A DNA stretch of 64,000 bases from positions 160,001-224,000 of the forward strand of contig OY762654.1 in NCBI GenBank assembly GCA_963666205.1, read 5' to 3'. Position numbers and translations under genes: made by a program. The notes below the pieces were generated by a model that made no database searches, was not told the DNA's origin, and saw only the letters and a program-made list of their open reading frames with translations. Position 1 is the stretch's first letter. The number at the start of each line of letters is the position of its first letter. Source of the DNA: Synergistales bacterium. Its GTDB lineage: Bacteria > Synergistota > Synergistia > Synergistales > JAFGMB01. Shown piece by piece: positions 21,811 to 31,939 of the stretch.

Positions 21811-22476
21811 TTAACTGGAAGTCCAACCTGACCCGGCAAGGGTATCCCAGGTAAGACCTGCCGTCCTTTTCACGCTATTGTCATTTCCCCTTAATGAAAG
21901 GAATCTCTGGACATATTTACCGAGTATATCACTTTCAATATTAACCGCATCACCCTTCGCAGCAAATCCAAGGGTAGTATTTTTAAGGGTTGCAGGGATA
22001 ATGCCAACGGAAAAAGATGTTTCGCTTACATCAATGATGGTGAGACTTATTCCGTCCACAGCAACTGACCCCTTGGGAACTATTTGTGCAAGAATCGCAG
22101 GATCTGCCGAGATACTTATCTCGGCAGATCGTCCTCTGGATTGCAGGTTTCTGATTATTCCTATCCCGTCAATATGACCAGTTACGAGATGGCCATCCAG
22201 CCTGGATCCAGTCTGGAGAGCCCTCTCAATATTAACCCTACTTCCAGCGGAAAGTCTTCCCAGCGTTGTTTTAGCTGCAGTTTCAGGTATCATCTCAACC
22301 AGGAAAGACCGATGGTCAAGAGCAGTTATGGTAAGGCAGGCTCCTGAAACTGATATAGACTGCCCATGGTAAAGGTCTTTTAATATCTCTGGAGCCAGTA
22401 TCTTTATCTGGACAATATCCTGGCTCTTTCCTAGTGAGATGACACTTCCAGTAGTTTCTATCAATCCTGTGAACAT
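21811..22476 (-). CDS. ribE: Riboflavin synthase
   Basis: [31 protein letters not shown]. Confidence 0.97.
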   Translation of the reverse strand: MFTGLIETTGSVISLGKSQDIVQIKILAPEILKDLYHGQSISVSGACLTITALDHRSFLVEMIPETAAKTTLGRLSAGSRVNIERALQTGSRLDGHLVTGHIDGIGIIRNLQSRGRSAEISISADPAILAQIVPKGSVAVDGISLTIIDVSETSFSVGIIPATLKNTTLGFAAKGDAVNIESDILGKYVQRFLSLRGNDNSVKRTAGLTWDTLAGSGWTSS

Positions 22477-23567
22477 GAGACCCTTCCTTCCAACATCAGG
22501 TCTTTTCCTATCCGACTTATTCTAACATTTCTGACAGGGATTGTACTTTCCATACACTGAAATATTATTCCATCTGCAATTGCTTTACCCTGACCCATTA
22601 TTCGGGGAGAGATAAAGAGAACAATTTCATTTACCAGGCCATCTTTAAGAAATGAAGAAATAAGGGTAGGCCCTCCTTCTACCAGTAGATAATTGATAGC
22701 TCTTGCCGATAGATCAGATATAATCTTTTTCAGGCTAAGGCTCTTGCCTTCATTACTGGCGTTGCGAAGTTCTGTCCCTGCAGGATATTCTGCCATGCAA
22801 CGGGTCAATTCAGTCTCTGTCAATTGCGTATAAACAAGGGTGTGACCATTTTCAAATACCTTCGCTGTTGGAGGGATCTCGAGTCTGGGGTCGAGGATAA
22901 CTTTCAGCGGGGATCTACCAAAGCTTGATCTGACATTTAACCTGGGATCATCCTCTAAAATCGTTTTTGTCCCAACCATTATTGCGTCGTTTTCAGATCG
23001 CAACAGGTGGGCAATTCTCCTTGACCAGGGGGTGGTTATCCACTTGCTTTCACCGTTCGAAAGACACAGCTTACCGTCCAGACCCGTTGCTGCTTTTAAT
23101 GTAATCCAGGGTTTATGTTCTCTTATCCTGCTGAAAAAACCTCTGTTTAACCATTCACATTCATTTTTAAGAATTCCATGGATTACTTCTGCTTTCCCTT
23201 TTCTTAGAATGTCAACGCCTTTTCCATTCACCAGAGGGTTGGGATCAAGACTTCCTATCACTACCCTCTTTATACCTGCTTCAATAAGTCTTGGGGCACA
23301 TGGAGGAGTCTTGCCATAATGGGAACAGGGTTCAAGTGTCACATAAGCCGTAGAATCTCTTGCTTCAGTCCCTGCATCTTTCAAGGCCATTATCTCTGCA
23401 TGATCCCCACCAAAGACACGGTGATAGCCTTTCCCGACCACGCATCCATTCTTAACAAGAACGCAACCGACCATGGGATTCGATAACGTGTCTTTATTTC
23501 CACGAAGAGCGAGGCTTATGGCAAGATGCATATAGTATTCATCATTCCTGCTCATGTTTCGTATCAT
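22461..23567 (-). CDS. ribD: Riboflavin biosynthesis deaminase/reductase RibD
   Basis: NPMVG, HAE, TLEPCSHYGKTPPC, LVEGG. Confidence 0.97.
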   Translation of the reverse strand: MIRNMSRNDEYYMHLAISLALRGNKDTLSNPMVGCVLVKNGCVVGKGYHRVFGGDHAEIMALKDAGTEARDSTAYVTLEPCSHYGKTPPCAPRLIEAGIKRVVIGSLDPNPLVNGKGVDILRKGKAEVIHGILKNECEWLNRGFFSRIREHKPWITLKAATGLDGKLCLSNGESKWITTPWSRRIAHLLRSENDAIMVGTKTILEDDPRLNVRSSFGRSPLKVILDPRLEIPPTAKVFENGHTLVYTQLTETELTRCMAEYPAGTELRNASNEGKSLSLKKIISDLSARAINYLLVEGGPTLISSFLKDGLVNEIVLFISPRIMGQGKAIADGIIFQCMESTIPVRNVRISRIGKDLMLEGRVSCSQD

Positions 23568-25014
23568 CGCCTTCCTTCAGGTAGCGCAATATAGTCTCAG
23601 CAAGAATAGGACCTATTCCCTTTATCCTGGTTAACTGTTCTTTCGATTGATTCATCAGATTCCGGACACTTCCAAATTCGGACAGGAGCAATGCAGCGAC
23701 ATGTCTGCCCACTCCCGGTATTTCAAGGAGAACGGTCCGGCTCAATCTTCTGATCCTTCTGGAACGATGGGTATCGATGGCAAACCTGTGCGACTCATTC
23801 CTAATTCTTTGTAGAAGCCGGAGTACTTCACTTTCAGCAGGAAGTTTCAATGGATCCTTTTTGCCAGGAAGATAGATCTCTTCCTCCCTTTTGGCAAGTG
23901 ATATTACAGCAAGATCGTTAATTGATAGTTCATGTAAAGCATCAAGGGCAAAACTTAGCTGTATGGGTCCTCCGTCAATCAGAACGAGTTGAGGAAAAGG
24001 TTCATCTCCCTGCAGGCATCGATTATACCTTCTTTTAACAAGCTCGTGTATAGATCTGAAATCATCGACACCCTCTGTTTCCTGGATCTTGAATCGCCGA
24101 TAGAGGGAGGGGTTTGGAAGACCCTGTTCAAATACGACTGCAACCCCATACGTTTCCTTCCCTGATGTGTGGGAAATATCAAAACCGTCAATCCTCCAGG
24201 GGATAGTCTTTAGTGAAAGCATTTTCTGCAAATCACTCAGGATCTGCCACGTATCCATATCAAGATCCACGGACATTGCTGCAGAAATCTTTCTTCTATT
24301 CATCTTCCAGATAGCCCTTATGCTATCCCTATGATGTGCTGCTTCCTCGAAAGCCATTGCTCTTGCTGCACTTTCCATGCGTTTTCTCAATCGGTCGATA
24401 AGGTCCGCCGACTGCCCCTTAAGAAGGAGAATAACATCATCTGTTCGTTCTCTATATTCTGAATATGTGCATTTTAAGCAGCAGGGACCAAGACATCGTC
24501 CTATTTCATAGTTAAGACAGGGTCTGGAATTGATAGCAAGATCAAAGTTCTTGTGACATGATCTGAGAGGGAAATATCTCTGTACCATTCTTAGAAGGTT
24601 CCGTATTTCTCCGGCAGACACAAATGGTCCAATATAAGTGGCCCCATCATTTTCTCTGTGTCTTGTAATTATCATTCTGGGGAATCTTTCATCTGTTATT
24701 TTCACAAAGGGATATCGATCACCCATTTTAAGTTCAACATTATAAAAAGGCTTGTATTTCTTGATCAGTTTGGCTTCAACTATAAGTGCTTCGGCTTCAC
24801 TTTCAGTTCGAATAAACGTTATGTCATCTATTGCATTGACAAGGTGCCTCAATCTGGGGGAAGCAAAAGACTTGTGTCGAAAATATGAAGAAACTCTCTT
24901 TTTCAGGAATTTGGCTTTCCCGACATATATTACTTTTCCTTCTTCATCGTGCATTATATAGACACCTGGTTTTAACGGAAAATCTTTTATCTTGTTCTGA
25001 AGGTTGCCTGACAA
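23542..25014 (-). CDS. uvrC: Excinuclease ABC subunit C (compact form)
   Basis: GIY-YIG (PGVY..YVGKA), Cys cluster, UVR domain, FDISH, IDGG, C-terminal HhH. Confidence 0.95.
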   Translation of the reverse strand: MSGNLQNKIKDFPLKPGVYIMHDEEGKVIYVGKAKFLKKRVSSYFRHKSFASPRLRHLVNAIDDITFIRTESEAEALIVEAKLIKKYKPFYNVELKMGDRYPFVKITDERFPRMIITRHRENDGATYIGPFVSAGEIRNLLRMVQRYFPLRSCHKNFDLAINSRPCLNYEIGRCLGPCCLKCTYSEYRERTDDVILLLKGQSADLIDRLRKRMESAARAMAFEEAAHHRDSIRAIWKMNRRKISAAMSVDLDMDTWQILSDLQKMLSLKTIPWRIDGFDISHTSGKETYGVAVVFEQGLPNPSLYRRFKIQETEGVDDFRSIHELVKRRYNRCLQGDEPFPQLVLIDGGPIQLSFALDALHELSINDLAVISLAKREEEIYLPGKKDPLKLPAESEVLRLLQRIRNESHRFAIDTHRSRRIRRLSRTVLLEIPGVGRHVAALLLSEFGSVRNLMNQSKEQLTRIKGIGPILAETILRYLKEGDDTKHEQE

Positions 25015-25047
25015 ATTAATTCAATCCACCTTGTGATGTAAAAAGAT

Positions 25048-25076
25048 TTGACGGGAGCTTCAAGCTGCGCTAGATT
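25048..25076 (+). promoter_or_regulatory. Putative sigma70 promoter for cysS
   Basis: TTGACG-17 bp-TAGATT. Confidence 0.45.
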
Positions 25077-25134
25077 TGCAATGTAGCCTTTAACAAGACC
25101 CAGCAGTAATTAACTTTTTACAGGAGGTGCTCCC

Positions 25135-26547
25135 ATGAGTCTGAAACTATATAATGATCTTACCAGAAAAAAAGAACCCTTCGTTCCCATAGCTCCCGGA
25201 AAAGTCACTTTTTACAGTTGTGGCCCGACGGTTTATGATTATTTCCATATAGGGAATTCTAGACCCTTTATTGTTTTCGATGTACTCCGTCGATATCTTG
25301 AAAGCAAAAACCTTGAGGTTACTTTTGTCCAGAATTTCACCGATATTGATGACAAAATGATAAACCGGGCCAATGATCTGGGAATTACAGTGAATGAACT
25401 TGCTGAAAAAACCATCCAGGATTATTTCGAAGATGCAGATGCACTTGGAATAAGAAGGGCTACCCACTATCCCCGGGCTACCGACCATATTGAAAATATC
25501 ATATCCATGGTAGTGACATTGATCGAGAAAGGCCATGCTTACGAAGTTGATGGCGATGTCTATTTCGAGGTAAGCACTTTCCCCGAGTATGGCAAACTGT
25601 CAAAGCAGACAATTGACGAATTGCAGTCAGGGGCAAGGATTAATGTGGATGAAAGGAAAAAACACCCCCTTGACTTTGCTCTCTGGAAAAGCCACAAGCC
25701 TGGCGAACCCTCCTGGGAAAGTCCATGGGGAAAAGGAAGACCTGGTTGGCATATTGAATGCAGTGCCATGTCCATGAAATACCTTGGAGAAACCATTGAC
25801 ATCCATTCAGGTGGCTGTGACCTCACTTTTCCCCATCATGAGAATGAGATAGCTCAGGCTGAAGCCGCTACTGGCAAGGAGTTCGTCCGTTATTGGATAC
25901 ACAATGGATATCTTCTCATAGACAAGGAAAAGATGTCTAAATCCCTTGGTAATTTCCTTACCGCAAGAGCAGCAAGGCTGAAGTTCTCCCCCCTTGCCAT
26001 AAGGCTCTTTATGCTGAGTGCCCATTACAGATCTCCCATTAATTTTTCGGAAGAAACCCTTGAACAGGCCAAGGCTGCCGTAGAACGACTGTTAAACTGC
26101 TGGTCAGATCTCCAGCATGCCAGAATACACAGAGATCTTTGCGCATCAGACCATAGCGGGCAGATCCAGGCCATTGAAAGATTGTTCGACAGTTTTATCG
26201 AAGATATGGACGATGATTTTAACACAGCAGGAGCGTTGGGTTCGGTTTTTGAAGTTGTCAGATTTACAAATAACTACCTCAAGGATAACCAGGTTCTCTC
26301 TGTTGATGTTCTAGACACCATAGAATCATTTTTTAAAAGGATAGATGATGTAATGGGAATCATGGGTTTAAACGATAGTGAGCAACATGAAGATTCGATT
26401 GAAATAGAAAGATTGATCTCCGAAAGAAATCAGGCTAGAAAAGATCGAAACTATTCAAGGGCTGATCAGATAAGAGATGAACTTGCCGACAGGGGAATAA
26501 TTCTTGAAGACACCCCTGAAGGTACCAAGTGGAAAATTCAGATCTAG
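25135..26547 (+). CDS. cysS: Cysteine--tRNA ligase
   Basis: CGPTVY, HIGN, GRPGWHIECSAM, KMSKS. Confidence 0.98.
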   Translation: MSLKLYNDLTRKKEPFVPIAPGKVTFYSCGPTVYDYFHIGNSRPFIVFDVLRRYLESKNLEVTFVQNFTDIDDKMINRANDLGITVNELAEKTIQDYFEDADALGIRRATHYPRATDHIENIISMVVTLIEKGHAYEVDGDVYFEVSTFPEYGKLSKQTIDELQSGARINVDERKKHPLDFALWKSHKPGEPSWESPWGKGRPGWHIECSAMSMKYLGETIDIHSGGCDLTFPHHENEIAQAEAATGKEFVRYWIHNGYLLIDKEKMSKSLGNFLTARAARLKFSPLAIRLFMLSAHYRSPINFSEETLEQAKAAVERLLNCWSDLQHARIHRDLCASDHSGQIQAIERLFDSFIEDMDDDFNTAGALGSVFEVVRFTNNYLKDNQVLSVDVLDTIESFFKRIDDVMGIMGLNDSEQHEDSIEIERLISERNQARKDRNYSRADQIRDELADRGIILEDTPEGTKWKIQI

Positions 26548-26558
26548 AAGGCTCTCAG

Positions 26559-26599
26559 AAAAAAACAACAGGCAGATACTATCTGCCTGTTGTTTTTTT
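26559..26599. terminator. Bidirectional intrinsic terminator between convergent cysS and queT
   Basis: AAAAAAACAACAGGCAGATA-C-TATCTGCCTGTTGTTTTTTT; overlaps the queT stop codon. Confidence 0.85.
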
Positions 26600-27070
26600 G
26601 CCCAGATGTTTCTGTATCACCCATATTAAAGGTATGCCCAGACCGAAACATGCTCCTGCCTGCCCCACTGCAATATAAAGGGATGTGGGGAGGAAAGGAA
26701 GATCCAGCATCAGAGACAGGTAGGCTCCTACTATTACCATATTTACAATAACAGGCGGTACCGCAGCTAAAAACAGATTTGGCATCTTTCTTGTCATAAT
26801 CGCTGCGACAAGAGTGGCAAGACTCCCAAAAACCACATCAATTATTCCAAATCCGCCGATCATATTTGCCAGAAGACATCCTATGAACAACCCGGGAACA
26901 GCTTCGACCCAGAGATATGGCAGCAGCGTAAGGCTTTCTGCTATTCGAATCTGAACAGGACCATAAGATATAGGGGCAAATACCACTACAAGAACACAGT
27001 ACACACTCCCGATAAGAGCTGCCTTTACAAGGGATTTTGTATTGAACAGATCCTTACCCCATACTTTCAT
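26579..27070 (-). CDS. queT: QueT family ECF S-component (queuosine precursor transporter)
   Basis: AALIGSVY..PISYGPVQIRIAE..GLFIGCLLAN..DVVFGSLAT. Confidence 0.9.
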   Translation of the reverse strand: MKVWGKDLFNTKSLVKAALIGSVYCVLVVVFAPISYGPVQIRIAESLTLLPYLWVEAVPGLFIGCLLANMIGGFGIIDVVFGSLATLVAAIMTRKMPNLFLAAVPPVIVNMVIVGAYLSLMLDLPFLPTSLYIAVGQAGACFGLGIPLIWVIQKHLGKKTTGR

Positions 27071-27195
27071 TTCAGATAATCATTCCTTCCTGTTCCAACA
27101 TCCAGTCTCAGCATGTCATTTTATCCCTAAATATCGTTATGTGAAAGATAGGTTCTAAAATTATCCTTTCTCCCTAAATGATTTTCACATTACAC

Positions 27196-27247
27196 TTGAC
27201 TGACCAGATCTGACCATTATAATTATCTAGTGTCAGTATTGGTCAGA
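27196..27247 (+). promoter_or_regulatory. clpB promoter with two CtsR-type heptad direct-repeat operators
   Basis: TTGACT-16 bp-TATAAT; GGTCAGA-TCT-GGTCAGT on the minus strand (27199-27215) and TGTCAGT-ATT-GGTCAGA on the plus strand (27231-27247). Confidence 0.8.
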
Positions 27248-27286
27248 CTAAACTGCCAGTTAATTGATGGCAAAATGGAGGTACCC

Positions 27287-29902
27287 ATGGACATAAACAG
27301 ATTCACACAAAAATCACAAGAGGCAATTTCTGATGCACAGGATATTGCCATGAGGAACGGTCAGCAGGAAGTTGATTCTATCCACCTGTTAGCAGCCCTT
27401 CTAGAGCAGCAGGATGGCCTTATATTGTCGCTGGTCAAAAGAATGAAGATATCAGAAAATGACCTGTTAACCTCACTCCATAGAGAACTTGATAAAAAAC
27501 CCAAGGTTTCAGGTCCCGGAGTCGAACCAGGGAAGATCATTGTTTCACCCAGGATCTCCAGGATCATGTTGCAGGCTAATGATATTGCGACAAGGATGAG
27601 AGACGAATATGTTTCCGTTGAACACCTGTTTCTTGCACTTATGGACGATGACTCCGGTTCTTCAACAGCCCATATCATAAAAACATCCGGTATTACAAGA
27701 GACCTTTTCCTTAAGGCTCTTACTGAGGTCAGAGGAAACCAGAGAGTACAGAGTCCCAATCCGGAAAACACATATGATGCCCTTGAGCGATATGGAAGGG
27801 ATCTGGTCAATCTTGCCAGGAAAGGCAAACTTGATCCTGTAATAGGACGCGATGAAGAGATCAGAAGGGTTATCCGGATCCTCAGCAGAAAGACAAAAAA
27901 TAACCCTGTCCTAATCGGTGAACCAGGTGTAGGTAAAACTGCTATCGCAGAGGGTCTGGCACAACGGATTGTAAGAGGGGATGTTCCGGAAGGACTTAAG
28001 AATAAAACCCTATTTGCTCTTGATATTGGATCTTTGCTTGCAGGAGCCAAGTACAGGGGAGAGTTCGAGGAACGAGTCAAGGCAGTCCTGGATGAAATCA
28101 AACATAGTGAAGGGAAAATAATCCTTTTTGTGGATGAATTACACAACATAGTAGGAGCAGGAAAAGCTGAAGGGGCTATTGACGCAGGGAATATGCTTAA
28201 ACCAATGCTTGCTCGGGGTGAACTTCACTGTATCGGTGCTACAACCCTGGATGAATACAGAGAATATATAGAAAAAGATGCAGCCCTTGAAAGACGTTTC
28301 CAGGTCATATTGGTCGAGGAACCTAGTGTTGAAGATACCATTTCAATACTGAGAGGTCTTAAGGATCGCTTTCAGATCCATCATGGTGTCAGAATAAAGG
28401 ACAATGCTATAGTGAGTGCCGCTATCCTGTCCAACAGATATATTACGAGCAGGTATCTACCAGATAAGGCCATCGATCTCATTGATGAAGCGTGCGCCAT
28501 GCTCAGAACTGAAATAGATTCCATGCCTTCTGAACTGGATGCACGGACAAGAAAAGTTATGCAGCTGGAGATCGAAGAAGCAGCTTTGAAGAAAGAGAAC
28601 GATAGTGCCAGTATCGAGAGACTTAAAAAGGTACAGATAGAACTTCATAACACCCGGACGGATGCTGAAGCTCTTAAAGCCAGATACGATAATGAGAAAA
28701 ATATCATATCCAGAGTTCGTGAACTCCGGGAAAAAATAGAGACTGTAAAACATGGTATTGAAAAAGCCGAACGTGAATATGATCTTAACCGGGCAGCGGA
28801 ACTTAAACACGGCGAAATGCCCCGATTACAGGATGAACTTCGACACGCGGAAGATGAACAGAATCAATACAGATCAGCTACATCTCCTCTACTGAGGGAA
28901 GATGTCACCGAAAATGAGATTTCTGAAATTGTCAGTAAGTGGACCGGGATACCTGTTTCGAAGATCATGGAAGGGGAAAGAGAAAAACTACTGAACCTTG
29001 ACAAGATACTCCATGAGAGAGTTATCGGACAGGATGATGCAGTCCAGCTGGTTTCAGATGCCGTTATCAGAGCAAGAGCCGGGATAAAAGATCCCAACAG
29101 ACCAATAGGGTCTTTTATTTTCCTTGGACCAACAGGAGTCGGGAAGACGGAACTTGCCAGATCTCTTGCCGAAGCTCTCTTCGATTCTGAAGAAAATATA
29201 ATCAGGATAGATATGTCTGAATATATGGAAAAACATTCCGTTTCACGATTAATTGGTGCACCTCCTGGATACATAGGATACGAAGAGGGTGGACAACTGA
29301 CTGAAGCTGTAAGAAGAAAACCCTTTTCCGTCGTCCTTTTCGATGAGGTAGAGAAGGCTCACCATGATGTATTTAATATATTACTTCAGGTCCTTGATGA
29401 TGGTAGGATTACTGATAACCATGGACGTACGGTGGATTTTAAAAATGTTGTAGTAATAATGACAAGTAACATAGGATCAGAATATCTTACCGAAGGAATC
29501 TCAGCTTCAGGCGAGATCCAGCCGGAGATCAGAGAAGGGATAATGAGCCAAATGCGGCAGTATTTCAGACCGGAGTTTCTTAACAGGGTCGACGATATAG
29601 TTATATTCAAACCCCTGACTCTGGATGAAATAAAGCAGATAGTTTTAATATTGATAAACCGGCTGGCCTCCAGGCTTGAAGAACAGAATATGGACATCCA
29701 GGTTGATGACAATGCCCTGGATCTGATCGCAAAAAATGGTTATGACCCGGTATTCGGTGCTCGACCCCTTAAAAGACTACTCGTCCATGAAGTTGAAAAC
29801 AGGGTGGCAAGGGCAATAATTGAGGGAAAAATAACAGAAGGAACAAGGATCTACGTTAACGTTAAAGATGGACACATAAACATTGCAACTGAGAACCATT
29901 GA
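27287..29902 (+). CDS. clpB: ATP-dependent chaperone ClpB
   Basis: Two AAA+ modules ([16 protein letters not shown]), long M-domain coiled coil, [14 protein letters not shown] 27287 after GGAGG. Confidence 0.97.
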   Translation: MDINRFTQKSQEAISDAQDIAMRNGQQEVDSIHLLAALLEQQDGLILSLVKRMKISENDLLTSLHRELDKKPKVSGPGVEPGKIIVSPRISRIMLQANDIATRMRDEYVSVEHLFLALMDDDSGSSTAHIIKTSGITRDLFLKALTEVRGNQRVQSPNPENTYDALERYGRDLVNLARKGKLDPVIGRDEEIRRVIRILSRKTKNNPVLIGEPGVGKTAIAEGLAQRIVRGDVPEGLKNKTLFALDIGSLLAGAKYRGEFEERVKAVLDEIKHSEGKIILFVDELHNIVGAGKAEGAIDAGNMLKPMLARGELHCIGATTLDEYREYIEKDAALERRFQVILVEEPSVEDTISILRGLKDRFQIHHGVRIKDNAIVSAAILSNRYITSRYLPDKAIDLIDEACAMLRTEIDSMPSELDARTRKVMQLEIEEAALKKENDSASIERLKKVQIELHNTRTDAEALKARYDNEKNIISRVRELREKIETVKHGIEKAEREYDLNRAAELKHGEMPRLQDELRHAEDEQNQYRSATSPLLREDVTENEISEIVSKWTGIPVSKIMEGEREKLLNLDKILHERVIGQDDAVQLVSDAVIRARAGIKDPNRPIGSFIFLGPTGVGKTELARSLAEALFDSEENIIRIDMSEYMEKHSVSRLIGAPPGYIGYEEGGQLTEAVRRKPFSVVLFDEVEKAHHDVFNILLQVLDDGRITDNHGRTVDFKNVVVIMTSNIGSEYLTEGISASGEIQPEIREGIMSQMRQYFRPEFLNRVDDIVIFKPLTLDEIKQIVLILINRLASRLEEQNMDIQVDDNALDLIAKNGYDPVFGARPLKRLLVHEVENRVARAIIEGKITEGTRIYVNVKDGHINIATENH

Positions 29903-29906
29903 TGAT

Positions 29907-29930
29907 CAGGGGGGTATGAGCACCCCCCTG
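29907..29930. terminator. GC-rich hairpin between convergent clpB and ABC permease
   Basis: CAGGGGGGT/ACCCCCCTG 9-bp stem; weak U-tracts. Confidence 0.55.
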
Positions 29931-29934
29931 CCTT

Positions 29935-30876
29935 CTATTCACGTTCTTCCCTGTAGAAAGGCTGTCCCAGGGACGCAGGAGCTCCGAAAAGCAATCCCTT
30001 TCCCTTTCTTACAGAGATGACGACAAGGACTATGATGGTTAGAACGTAGGGAAGCATCAGGAGCAATGGAGTCGGAATAGTGGTACCTGCAGCCTGAAGT
30101 CTGAGTTGAAAGGCTTCAACACCACCAAAAAGATAAGCACCAAAAGCAGCTCTCAAAGGGTGCCATATGGCAAAAATAACGAGAGCAACCGCTATCCACC
30201 CTCTCCCGGCTGTCATGAGATCCCCCCACATCTTGGTATAGGCTACAGACATGTAGGCTCCACCTACAGCAACGATCCCGCCACCTATCAGGGTATATAT
30301 ATACCGTACCCGTTTCACGTTAAGTCCGACCGAATCCGCTGTTCTGGGACTATCACCTATCGCCCTGAGATTCAACCCCTCCCTTGTCATTGAAAAGAAC
30401 CACCAGAGAAGGAAAACAAGTATATATGATATATATACCATAGCATCGTGGCTGAAGAGGATATCTCCGAGAAAGGGTATTTCTCCAAGGATGGGAACTG
30501 TGAATTTTTCAAGTCCTTCAATGGTTTCACCAATATAGCTTCTGCCTAGAAGGGAACTGGCACCAGTACCGATCATTGTCAATGCAAGTCCGCTAACAAC
30601 CTGGTTTGCACCCATTGTAATACAGAGGAAGGCATGTACTGTTGTTAACACAGCTCCCACAATGAACGCAGCAAGAATGCCCAGCCATGGACTTCCTGTA
30701 GAAAAAGTTACAGAAAAACCTGTAAATGCACCCATCAACATAAGACCTTCCAGTCCGAGGTTCATTACTCCGGATTTTTCAGTAAGAATCTCACCGAGGG
30801 TGGCATAGAGTATAGGAGTCCCACTGCGAACGGCAGCGGAAAGGATAGGCACCAGAATGTCCAGCAAATCAACCAT
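29935..30876 (-). CDS. Nucleoside ABC transporter permease II
   Basis: EKSGVMNLGLEG, ANQVVSGLAL, TAGRGWIAVALV, MLPY. Confidence 0.92.
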   Translation of the reverse strand: MVDLLDILVPILSAAVRSGTPILYATLGEILTEKSGVMNLGLEGLMLMGAFTGFSVTFSTGSPWLGILAAFIVGAVLTTVHAFLCITMGANQVVSGLALTMIGTGASSLLGRSYIGETIEGLEKFTVPILGEIPFLGDILFSHDAMVYISYILVFLLWWFFSMTREGLNLRAIGDSPRTADSVGLNVKRVRYIYTLIGGGIVAVGGAYMSVAYTKMWGDLMTAGRGWIAVALVIFAIWHPLRAAFGAYLFGGVEAFQLRLQAAGTTIPTPLLLMLPYVLTIIVLVVISVRKGKGLLFGAPASLGQPFYREERE

Positions 30877-31939
30877 CCTTCCTTGAAATGAATTGGATTC
30901 TGTATCTTCTGAAAAATTCTCCACCCAGAACGAAGAATAGGATAAGCCCCTGTATTACAAGGGTGCTTGATAAGGGAAGACGCATTACTATCTGCAGGGA
31001 GTCTCCCCCCACAAGTAATGCTCCCATAAGGAATGAGACAAAGAGGATTACAAGAGGATGAAGTCTTGCCAGCCAGGCTACAATTATTGCAGTATAACCG
31101 AAACTGGCGGAAAAACCATGTTGAAGTCTTCCCTGCAGGCCCGCAATTTCACACATTCCAGCTATTCCCGCTATAGCACCGGAAATAAACATCACAATAA
31201 CAACATTCTTAATGTAATCTATGCCAGCAAATCTGGCCGCCCTGGGATTTTCTCCGATGACCCTGATCTCATATCCCCACTTTGTCCATCCAATAAGCCA
31301 GTAGAAAAGAAAAGCAAATATAATGGCAATAAATATTCCCAGATGAACTCTGCTGTTCCCAAACTGCACCAATCTTGCTGCATCCGGGAATGGGGGTGTC
31401 ATGGGAAAACCAAGACTGGCTGGATCTCTCCAAGGGCCATAGACGAAGAAATCAACCAGGTGAATGGCAATATAATTCATCATAAGAGTGGTAATTATTT
31501 CATTTACCTGCCATCTGGCTTTGAGAAAACCGGCAACAGACGCCCAGAATCCTCCGGCAATCGCAGAAGACAGAAACATCAGGATGAACATTAATACCGG
31601 GTTATTTAGAGGGAGATATCTTACTATAGCTGCTGTTGCAAGGGCACCGATAAAGATCTGTCCTTCAGCTCCTATATTCCAGATCAGCATTTTGAAGGAT
31701 AGCATAACACCAATAGATGCCAGTGCCAGTGGTATCGCTTTTACCAGGGTCTCGCTGATACCATAGGTATCTCCCAGTGAAGAGACGATCATTTCGGAAT
31801 AAGCCCTTACAGGTGATACTCCAAGGAATCCCAGGAAAACACCTCCTGTCAACAGGGCCAGGGTTACAGCTGCTAAGGGGATAAAAAGATTTAGCCATAG
31901 AGGTAGATTAAGACGTTTCTCTATCTTAAGCATTTTCAT
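30869..31939 (-). CDS. Nucleoside ABC transporter permease I
   Basis: WNIGAEGQ, NEIITTLMMNY, GYEIRVIGEN, GYTAIIVAWLARLHP. Confidence 0.92.
   Translation of the reverse strand: MKMLKIEKRLNLPLWLNLFIPLAAVTLALLTGGVFLGFLGVSPVRAYSEMIVSSLGDTYGISETLVKAIPLALASIGVMLSFKMLIWNIGAEGQIFIGALATAAIVRYLPLNNPVLMFILMFLSSAIAGGFWASVAGFLKARWQVNEIITTLMMNYIAIHLVDFFVYGPWRDPASLGFPMTPPFPDAARLVQFGNSRVHLGIFIAIIFAFLFYWLIGWTKWGYEIRVIGENPRAARFAGIDYIKNVVIVMFISGAIAGIAGMCEIAGLQGRLQHGFSASFGYTAIIVAWLARLHPLVILFVSFLMGALLVGGDSLQIVMRLPLSSTLVIQGLILFFVLGGEFFRRYRIQFISRKDG

Noticed and set aside
25015..25134. T-box leader before cysS (also checked serS and alaS)
   Set aside because: The intergenic spaces are too short and lack the T-box consensus.
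27071..27195. preQ1 riboswitch upstream of queT
   Set aside because: No recognisable preQ1 stem-loop with A-rich tail on the minus strand.
27361..28149. 262-aa antisense ORF within clpB, and similar shadow ORFs (e.g. 40614-41306, 32360-32884, 31058-31594)
   Set aside because: They lie fully antisense to well-conserved genes and have no recognisable motifs; typical codon-bias shadows.
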